Source: a virus. Taken from it: a stretch of 64,000 nt of DNA. Under the pieces are notes generated by a model. The model searched no databases. It was not told where the DNA came from and worked only from the letters and a program-made list of their open reading frames with translations. The position numbers and the translations under genes are program-made. The stretch is taken from positions 1 through 64,000 of IMG/VR virus record IMGVR_UViG_3300033146_003955. One strand, 5' to 3'. The stretch's first letter is position 1, and the number at the start of each line of letters is the position of its first letter. Positions 57,457 through 64,000 of this stretch are shown here, one piece after another.

Positions 57457-57742
57457 GAAAGTACCAAGATGTGATAAATGTCCATATTTTCATATGCATG
57501 ATGTTCCGTACGATGTAGAAATTGATGCGGAACAATGGTATGAATGTGGTTTAACAGATAAAATACTTATCTATTTTGAAAAGTTAGACGAATGGCAAAG
57601 AGAACATGAAATGAAATACCCTTTCACAATTCCAATTTGGTGTCCGCTTGAAAATTGGGACCTTTTTCATTACGCAATAGATGCTACAAAAGAGCAGCAA
57701 ATGATGTTATTTGCGGAAGAATCTAAAGATAAGCATAATTGA
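57440..57742 (+). CDS. Cys-containing hypothetical protein
   Basis: CDKCPY...C...IPIWCPL. Confidence 0.6.
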   Translation: MKVIFEKVPRCDKCPYFHMHDVPYDVEIDAEQWYECGLTDKILIYFEKLDEWQREHEMKYPFTIPIWCPLENWDLFHYAIDATKEQQMMLFAEESKDKHN

Positions 57743-57790
57743 TGATGTTCCTTTTGCGAGGAATATATTTTTATATAGGAGGAGCCTAGA

Positions 57791-58432
57791 ATGCAAAACG
57801 TGTTAGACAGCAGAGTGTTAGTACTCAACAAAAATTATAGTCCAATAAGAACTACCTCAGTTAGAGAAGCCTTTACAAAAATCTTCTCAGAAGCTGCTGA
57901 AGTTATAACAGTGGAAGACGGAGTTTATATGAACTACGACTTTGGCTCATGGTCAGAGTTATCAGAGTTTAAGCAGCTCTATGATGCGGACGATACTGAA
58001 CTAGAATTTGTTGATTGGATTAATACCCCGAATACTAAACTTGTGGTTCCTCGTGTGATTAGACTTACTAAATATGATAAAATGCCTAAGTATCAATTAC
58101 GTCTAACTCGTAAGAATATTTATGAGAGAGACGGATATACTTGCCAATACTGTGGAAATAAATATGCGACTGAAGATTTAAATCTCGACCATGTTACACC
58201 TCGCTCTAAAGGCGGAAAGAATACTTGGACAAATCTTGTTTGTTCTTGTATCTCCTGCAACAGGAAGAAGAAGGCACATACTCTTAAAGAGGCTGGTATG
58301 AAGTTACGTAAGAAACCAGTTAAACCACATGAAAATTTCGCCTTCCGTGTGGGTTCTAAAGCTAAAAAGTATAAAGATTGGGAACATTTCCTATCAGACG
58401 CATATTTTAATGTTACATTAGACGAAAGTTAG
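57791..58432 (+). CDS. HNH endonuclease (McrA/HNH_5-like)
   Basis: VLVLN..Y.P, RD.YTCQYCG, LDHVTPRSKGG...W.NLV..C..CN..K. Confidence 0.9.
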   Translation: MQNVLDSRVLVLNKNYSPIRTTSVREAFTKIFSEAAEVITVEDGVYMNYDFGSWSELSEFKQLYDADDTELEFVDWINTPNTKLVVPRVIRLTKYDKMPKYQLRLTRKNIYERDGYTCQYCGNKYATEDLNLDHVTPRSKGGKNTWTNLVCSCISCNRKKKAHTLKEAGMKLRKKPVKPHENFAFRVGSKAKKYKDWEHFLSDAYFNVTLDES

Positions 58433-58440
58433 ATAAAATT

Positions 58441-58469
58441 AAGGAGTGAATAAAATCACTCCTTTTTTT
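58441..58469 (+). terminator. Rho-independent terminator
   Basis: AAGGAGTGA...TCACTCCTT + T run. Confidence 0.8.
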
Positions 58470-58495
58470 ATTTATATTGTAGCATAGTTGTTTAT

Positions 58496-58924
58496 ATGAC
58501 AGATGAAAAAGAAAAACAATTGACAGAACGATTTTCATTCCTTAGAACTAGTGGTGATCCGACGAAGGATTTAATGGTTCTCGGTTTCGCATGTAATGAC
58601 GGTTGGTTTCAGACCATCTGGGACCTTTGCGAAGATTTAGATAAGATGAATAAAGAAAGGATGAAAAACATCTCCCAAGATGAGATTGCTAAAGCCATTT
58701 TAGACCACGGGTACAATCCATATGAATTTAAAGTTGTACAAGTTAAAGAGAAATTTGGCTCTCTTAGATTTTATACCAACGTCGCTAATGATAAGATGTA
58801 TAAAAGAATTCGAGAAGCTGAGGATGCCACGACTGAAATATGTGAGGATTGCGGTGCACCTGGTTCTATAAGAAATAATGGTTGGATTAAATGCCAATGC
58901 GATAAATGTTTTGAGAATAAATGA
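58496..58924 (+). CDS. Conserved phage Zn-ribbon protein
   Basis: DGWF, QVKEKFGSLRFY, CEDCG...C..C; leaderless, ATG 14 nt from the G of GCATA. Confidence 0.7.
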   Translation: MTDEKEKQLTERFSFLRTSGDPTKDLMVLGFACNDGWFQTIWDLCEDLDKMNKERMKNISQDEIAKAILDHGYNPYEFKVVQVKEKFGSLRFYTNVANDKMYKRIREAEDATTEICEDCGAPGSIRNNGWIKCQCDKCFENK

Positions 58925-59241
58925 ATATGGAAGAAAACCAATTGGCCAAAGATCTCTTAACTGGTAGATCATCTATTACGTATGTAAAAAAGAATTATAG
59001 TATGAAATTTATGATGCGTGCATCTACTAAGAAAAAGGATTTATATTTCTTTAAAACTCTTTTTAGATATCTAACCCAAAAAAAATATTCGTCGCTATAT
59101 ACATGTAGAAAAATATATAATTTTAACTTTCCTTCAGATGAAAGTAGTTTCGTAATGATGGAAATAAAATTTGACAGGACATCTCCTTGCACTACTGCGG
59201 ACGATCGGTGGGAATCATATAAAAAATTAATGAAAAATTAA
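58921..59241 (+). CDS. Hypothetical protein with N-terminal AKxLL motif
   Basis: EENQLAKDLLTG. Confidence 0.55.
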   Translation: MNMEENQLAKDLLTGRSSITYVKKNYSMKFMMRASTKKKDLYFFKTLFRYLTQKKYSSLYTCRKIYNFNFPSDESSFVMMEIKFDRTSPCTTADDRWESYKKLMKN

Positions 59242-59242
59242 A

Positions 59243-59272
59243 TTTTGGATATGTACATAAATGTAGTATAAT
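59243..59272 (+). promoter_or_regulatory. Sigma70-like promoter of the ligase operon
   Basis: TTTTGGAT-N16-TATAAT. Confidence 0.6.
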
Positions 59273-59289
59273 AACATTAGGAGAATAAT

Positions 59290-60579
59290 ATGTTAAATGA
59301 TTTATACAATTTAGTAAAAGAATTAAATACTACAAACTCAAGTAATAAGAAGAAAGAGATATTAATAAAGTATCCTCAATGTAAAGAACTTCTTATATGG
59401 GTTTATTCATATAAAACGCTTTTTAATGTCACATCTAAGAATGTAAAAAAAAGGAGTGATTTAAAAGATGCAACTGCTTTTGAAGACATTATAGAACTTT
59501 TAACGGCCCTTAATAATAGAGATATTACAGGCCATGCTGCCATTTCAGCAGTTAATGCCTTCATAGAACATAACTCAGAATTTGAAGATCTCATTTATTT
59601 AATTATAGATAAGAATTTAAAAACACGTACAGACACCTCACTTATCAATAAAGTATGGCCGGGTCTTATACCTACATTTGACGTACAGTTAGCAATTGAT
59701 TATGAGAAGCAGAAACATAAAGTTGATTATGTAAAAGATGAATGGAGATCGAGTCGAAAATTAGATGGCGTAAGGTGTATAGTAAAATGTAACGATAGAG
59801 GAATACCGTCATTTTTTTCGAGGGAAGGTAGAGAGTTCACGACGCTTAATAATATTAAAGAAGATATTATGCATCTTCCTTTAGCATTAAGGAAAAATAA
59901 AGTTTTTGACGGTGAGATTTGTATAGTAGACGAGAATGGTAATGAAAATTATAAATCTATTATGAATGTTATTAAAAAGAAAAATTTTACCATTCCCAAT
60001 CCTCGTCTCATCCTCTTTGATTATTTGAAAATGGATGAATTTCTAACTAAAAAAGGGAAAATAATATTTTCTAAGAGATATGAAGCCCTCAAACTTCTTC
60101 CCTTCAATCCTAGATTTATAGTAGTTACAGACCAGATTCTTATTAAAGATGAAGACCATTTCCAAGAGTTGAGGGATGAAGCAACTGATAATGGGTGGGA
60201 AGGCTTAATAATAAGAAAGGATGTTGTTTACAAGGGAAAGAGAAGTAATGATATGCTTAAAGTTAAGAAATTCCACGATGCTGAATATACAGTTGTTGGT
60301 ATTGAAACTGGACTTTTTAGAATAATTGATAAAGTTACTAAACTTGAGAGAGAAGAAGATATGCTTACTAGGGTTAATATTCTCCATAAAGGCAATGTTG
60401 TTGGTGTTGGAAGTGGTTTTTCTATTAGTGAAAGGCAACGTTATTTTCTCCATCCTGAAGAAATTATCGGAAAGGAAATAACTGTACGCTATTTTGAAAC
60501 AACAAAAGACAAGAATGGAAAGGAAAGTTTAAGATTTCCAACTGTTAAGTTTATATTTGAAAATGGAAGAGATGTATGA
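59290..60579 (+). CDS. lig: ATP-dependent DNA ligase
   Basis: Motif I KLDGVR, FDGEI, FD, EGLIIR, KVKK, OB-fold VGSGFS, SLRFP. Confidence 0.93.
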   Translation: MLNDLYNLVKELNTTNSSNKKKEILIKYPQCKELLIWVYSYKTLFNVTSKNVKKRSDLKDATAFEDIIELLTALNNRDITGHAAISAVNAFIEHNSEFEDLIYLIIDKNLKTRTDTSLINKVWPGLIPTFDVQLAIDYEKQKHKVDYVKDEWRSSRKLDGVRCIVKCNDRGIPSFFSREGREFTTLNNIKEDIMHLPLALRKNKVFDGEICIVDENGNENYKSIMNVIKKKNFTIPNPRLILFDYLKMDEFLTKKGKIIFSKRYEALKLLPFNPRFIVVTDQILIKDEDHFQELRDEATDNGWEGLIIRKDVVYKGKRSNDMLKVKKFHDAEYTVVGIETGLFRIIDKVTKLEREEDMLTRVNILHKGNVVGVGSGFSISERQRYFLHPEEIIGKEITVRYFETTKDKNGKESLRFPTVKFIFENGRDV

Positions 60580-60749
60580 TAATTGAAATGGGGTCTATGC
60601 CGATAAACTGGCGGAGAGCAGATATAGTTTTAGTTCATAAAGATAAAGAAATTTATGAAGTAGGAAAGGATAGGCAAAATATATTTGCAAACCTGCCTAG
60701 CACTCTTCACGTAAGTGAAATAGCTAAAATGTTATTAGTGAGAACATAA
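60576..60749 (+). CDS. 57-aa protein (missing from ORF track), ADh...K-x-R family with AKxLL
   Basis: ATGA and TAATG overlaps at both ends; RRADIVLV...VGKDRQ...SEIAKMLL. Confidence 0.6.
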   Translation: MIIEMGSMPINWRRADIVLVHKDKEIYEVGKDRQNIFANLPSTLHVSEIAKMLLVRT

Positions 60750-61045
60750 TGGATTTAAGCCAATATAAAAGTATTTTTATTACTAAATATAAAATTAATT
60801 ATACTGGAGCAAAAATACCTGATGACAAAGGTTCTGCTCTTAATACATATAGAGCTGATTTAATTTTAATTGATACTGGTAATAACGTTTTTAAAGTTGT
60901 TAAAGATAGATACGAAGCAGCAAATAACACAATAATAATAACTGATAATGAGATGGCAAAATTACAATTATTAGATAATATATTACAACCAATAAAAGGA
61001 ATTAAATTAAAACGAAAGCCAAGATGGTTATTGCAGTTAATATGA
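60749..61045 (+). CDS. Hypothetical protein, ADh...K-x-R family
   Basis: RADLILI...VVKDRY...NEMAKLQLL. Confidence 0.6.
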   Translation: MDLSQYKSIFITKYKINYTGAKIPDDKGSALNTYRADLILIDTGNNVFKVVKDRYEAANNTIIITDNEMAKLQLLDNILQPIKGIKLKRKPRWLLQLI

Positions 61046-61221
61046 TTAAGTTTATAAATATTTTAGCATCTATACTTGCAACAGTAATATTGTTACTGCT
61101 GATAGCAGACTCTCCAATAGCAGGTATAATGTTATTATTTTTTATATTATTGTCTTCAGATAAAGTTACAGATTTAATTAAATTTATAAGGTTAAATATA
61201 AAGAGTATGAGGACGAAATAA
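61024..61221 (+). CDS. Small two-TM membrane protein
   Basis: Two hydrophobic helices; probable start 61042. Confidence 0.55.
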   Translation: MVIAVNMIKFINILASILATVILLLLIADSPIAGIMLLFFILLSSDKVTDLIKFIRLNIKSMRTK

Positions 61222-61224
61222 GTA

Positions 61225-61833
61225 ATGACTAAAGAAGATTTTAAGAAGAAACTTAAAGGAAGAGAATTAGATTTCGCCACTTTCGTTGCTGAGGCTATAA
61301 TTATGGACCCAACTATCGAGGATTTAGAATTTGAAATAGCAAAAGATAGGTTGGAAAGATATACGAAAGAAGAATTGATAAAGAAGTTAAAGGATATGAA
61401 TAATATAACAACTTCCTTATATACAGCTATACATAGTTGGAGTAATCATAATTGTAATCATGAAAGATGGAAGGATAATGCAATAGATATTTATGAAAGA
61501 GCAATTAAACATGGTCTTATATATGATCGTTTCGGCCTTTATAACGACAAAGAGGTGGGAGTAGATTTGAGGGAGTATAAGAAAATAACTGTTCATGAGC
61601 CTACAGGGAAGATTAATCTTGATTGGACTTATATAACTAATGGGGAGGGTTATACAACTCTTGAAAATGATATGTATCCTGATTTAGAGCTGGTTAGAAC
61701 TTATAATGATCCTAATAAATTTTATATTCTTCAAAATAACAAAGGACCAAGAGGGTGTTTAACAACCATAGATGAGAGTAAAATAATGGCTATAGCAGCT
61801 AAAAATAAGTTGGTTGAAGATGAAACTGAGTGA
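61225..61833 (+). CDS. Hypothetical protein with C-terminal ADh...K-x-R-like domain
   Basis: PDLELV...NKFYILQNNKGPRG. Confidence 0.6.
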   Translation: MTKEDFKKKLKGRELDFATFVAEAIIMDPTIEDLEFEIAKDRLERYTKEELIKKLKDMNNITTSLYTAIHSWSNHNCNHERWKDNAIDIYERAIKHGLIYDRFGLYNDKEVGVDLREYKKITVHEPTGKINLDWTYITNGEGYTTLENDMYPDLELVRTYNDPNKFYILQNNKGPRGCLTTIDESKIMAIAAKNKLVEDETE

Positions 61834-61871
61834 ATACAGGAATATTATTATAATAAAGCATATAGCTGATA

Positions 61872-62135
61872 ATGCTTGACTTAACATCATATAAAAATAT
61901 AGTAATAGCACGGCCTCGTAGGAATTTTGAAGAATTTAATGACGATGATAAAGATTTTAAATATTGTCCCCAAGTTTCAAATGAAGTATGGACTAAAACA
62001 GATCTTTTATTAGTACAAACTGAATATGATAATAAATATTACATTTATAAAAATAGATATGGAGATAAGGGTTGGAAAACGACTCTTACTGAAGAACAAG
62101 CTGCAAAAATATTTCTTACTACAAAACTTATTTAA
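61872..62135 (+). CDS. Hypothetical protein, ADh...K-x-R family
   Basis: TDLLLV...YYIYKNRYG...EEQAAKIFL. Confidence 0.6.
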   Translation: MLDLTSYKNIVIARPRRNFEEFNDDDKDFKYCPQVSNEVWTKTDLLLVQTEYDNKYYIYKNRYGDKGWKTTLTEEQAAKIFLTTKLI

Positions 62136-62202
62136 TTTTTATTAAAAATACTAATTTTATTAAAAATATATAAGATACTCTTAAGAAAACCGGGAGGGTT
62201 AT

Positions 62203-62367
62203 ATGTCTGAAAATCTTGAAAGATATGTCTTCATGTTTAAAGAATTACAACAACATGATTTAGAAGACCGACTTAGAAATAATTATGAAGATGAAATAAA
62301 TGAGTTGTATTATAATTTAAATGATGATGAATTAGAATATATAGCATATCATGAATTAGAAGTGTAA
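62203..62367 (+). CDS. Small acidic protein (missing from ORF track)
   Basis: GGAGG SD; MSENLERY...YHELEV*. Confidence 0.5.
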   Translation: MSENLERYVFMFKELQQHDLEDRLRNNYEDEINELYYNLNDDELEYIAYHELEV

Positions 62368-63438
62368 ATGAGAAAATTAACAACTAAAGAATTTATACAA
62401 AAAGCTAAATTAAAACATGGTAATAAATATGATTATTCTTTAGTTGATTACATAAATAATAAAATTAAAATAAAAATAATATGCCCTAAACATGGTATAT
62501 TTGAACAAACACCGAACAATCATTTAAATGGTACATTATGTTACAAATGTGTAAATATAGTAAAAACAACTAAAGAATTTATACAAAAAGCTAAGTTGAA
62601 ACATGATAATAAGTATGATTATTCTTTAGTAAAATATAAAGATTCAAAAACCAAAGTTAAAATAATATGTCTAGAACATGGTACATTTGAACAAACACCA
62701 AACAATCATTTAAATGGTAAAAATTGTTTAATTTGTGCTGGCCATGAAAAATTAACAACTAAAGAATTTATACAAAAAGCTAAGTTGAAACATGGTAATA
62801 AATATGATTATTCTTTAGTTGATTATATCAATAGTCAAACTAAAGTTGAAATAATATGTTTAGAACATGGTATATTTAAACAATTGCCTAATAGCCATTT
62901 AAATGGCATAGGATGTCCTACCTGCGGTGGTACTAAAAAATTAACAACTAAAGAATTTATACAAAAAGCTAAATTAAAACATGATAATAAGTATGATTAT
63001 TCTTTAGTTGATTATATCAATAGTCAAACCAAAGTTAAAATAATATGTTTAGAGCATGGTATATTTGAACAAACACCAAATAGCCATTTAAATGGCGTAG
63101 GTTGTCCTATCTGTAAATCATCCAAAGGTGAGCAACAAATAATAAATTATCTAAAAAGAAATAATATAAAATATATAAAAGAATATAAATTTAATAATTG
63201 TAAAAACATGAGACCATTACCATTTGATTTTTATCTCCCTGATAAAAATATATTAATAGAATATGATGGAATACAACATTTTAAACCTTTTACTTTTTTT
63301 GGAGGTGTTAATGGTTTAAATTATAGAATACGTAATGATAATATAAAGACTGAATATTGTAAAAATTATAATATAAAATTAATAAGAATAAAATATAACG
63401 ATGTTGTGAATAAAAAATTAAAAATTGATATTTTTTAG
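62368..63438 (+). CDS. Putative homing endonuclease, paralog of 56377..57456
   Basis: Four near-identical ~62-aa Zn repeats plus FDFYLP...IEYDGIQHF. Confidence 0.8.
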   Translation: MRKLTTKEFIQKAKLKHGNKYDYSLVDYINNKIKIKIICPKHGIFEQTPNNHLNGTLCYKCVNIVKTTKEFIQKAKLKHDNKYDYSLVKYKDSKTKVKIICLEHGTFEQTPNNHLNGKNCLICAGHEKLTTKEFIQKAKLKHGNKYDYSLVDYINSQTKVEIICLEHGIFKQLPNSHLNGIGCPTCGGTKKLTTKEFIQKAKLKHDNKYDYSLVDYINSQTKVKIICLEHGIFEQTPNSHLNGVGCPICKSSKGEQQIINYLKRNNIKYIKEYKFNNCKNMRPLPFDFYLPDKNILIEYDGIQHFKPFTFFGGVNGLNYRIRNDNIKTEYCKNYNIKLIRIKYNDVVNKKLKIDIF

Positions 63439-63491
63439 CAAAAGTGTAAAGATATAATAAGTAAATAAACTATATCTTACGGAGGATTATT

Positions 63492-63932
63492 ATGGATTTT
63501 GGAAATTTCCTAAACGAATTGAATGAAGACAATAAACTTGTACGAAGAGTATCAAGTAAACAACTTAGAGAAGCAAACGGTGAATCTGCTTCAGCACTCA
63601 AAGAAGATGCTAAATGGTATTATGTACCTACAAAAGAATACGGTGGATTTCGACATATTGTTGTTGAGCATGGAAATGGATGGGGCGTATATTATTTAGA
63701 TCAAATTGCTGGTGCTGGTCAAGATGCTGCTGATGTATCTGGTTGGGGAGATGAATACGAAATGAGCAGAAACGAAGAAAAAGATTTAAACAATCTTAGA
63801 AACTTCCTTCTTAATGAAGCACAAGGTGAAGATAACGGAGTTGACCTTACTGGTTTCATCGTAAGAAGAAAAGTTGAAGGTGACTTTGCAACAGTTCTTA
63901 AAGAATGTGTAGAAATCGTTAAAAAAGGTTAA
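63492..63932 (+). CDS. Acidic protein, candidate head/prohead-core component
   Basis: GGAGG SD; AAGATA at 63449; multiple L-x-E sites (FLNE, LNE, LRE, LKE). Confidence 0.55.
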   Translation: MDFGNFLNELNEDNKLVRRVSSKQLREANGESASALKEDAKWYYVPTKEYGGFRHIVVEHGNGWGVYYLDQIAGAGQDAADVSGWGDEYEMSRNEEKDLNNLRNFLLNEAQGEDNGVDLTGFIVRRKVEGDFATVLKECVEIVKKG

Positions 63933-63954
63933 TTCAAGAAAGGAGTATTTTATT

Positions 63955-64000
63955 ATGGATCTTAATGAAGAATTGAGAAGAAATCATAAAAAAATGCACT
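63955..64000 (+). CDS. Partial CDS running off the window
   Basis: AAGGAG SD, MDLNEELRRNHKKMH... Confidence 0.55.
   Translation, partial: MDLNEELRRNHKKMH

Noticed and set aside
1-64000. Genome-wide TAG or TGA recoding
   Set aside because: Very long ORFs are intact in code 11 and recognisable genes (ogg, HNH, ligase) end at TAG/TGA at expected lengths

Overview
AT-rich, gene-dense and almost entirely + strand window that reads as part of a large lytic (jumbo/T4-superfamily-like) bacteriophage genome in the standard genetic code. Layout: (1) 1-10.9 kb has an amidase-SH3 endolysin, tandem W-x-x-G-x repeat genes and a long run of overlapping small ORFs. (2) 10.9-43.1 kb has giant virion/tail-fibre-like proteins (3500, 623, 1013, 655, 1383 and 1689 aa), interrupted by a reverse-strand lipoprotein. 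(3) 43.1-64 kb has a host-like outer-membrane barrel, an 8-oxoG glycosylase, an SPFH gene split by a group I intron with a LAGLIDADG endonuclease, class II ribonucleotide reductase, an amber-suppressor tRNA(CUA) plus a tRNA-like RNA, GroES, HNH and Zn-repeat endonucleases and an ATP-dependent DNA ligase. Main hunt results: (a) two short peptide motifs (h-I-x-x-I-F and E-x-A-K-x-L-L) recur on many unrelated small proteins and track two putative promoter classes (AAGATA and GCATAnTT), suggesting a tag-based sorting or docking system; (b) a Met-Leu-amber leader ORF with an SD-occluding hairpin sits just upstream of the gene before the suppressor tRNA, a candidate amber-readthrough switch; (c) a group I intron in a membrane-scaffold gene; (d) a MshEN-like c-di-GMP receptor; (e) four mini-proteins resembling the arginine-finger hairpin of DnaB-type helicases. 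All protein calls come from motif recognition by eye; no database searches were run.
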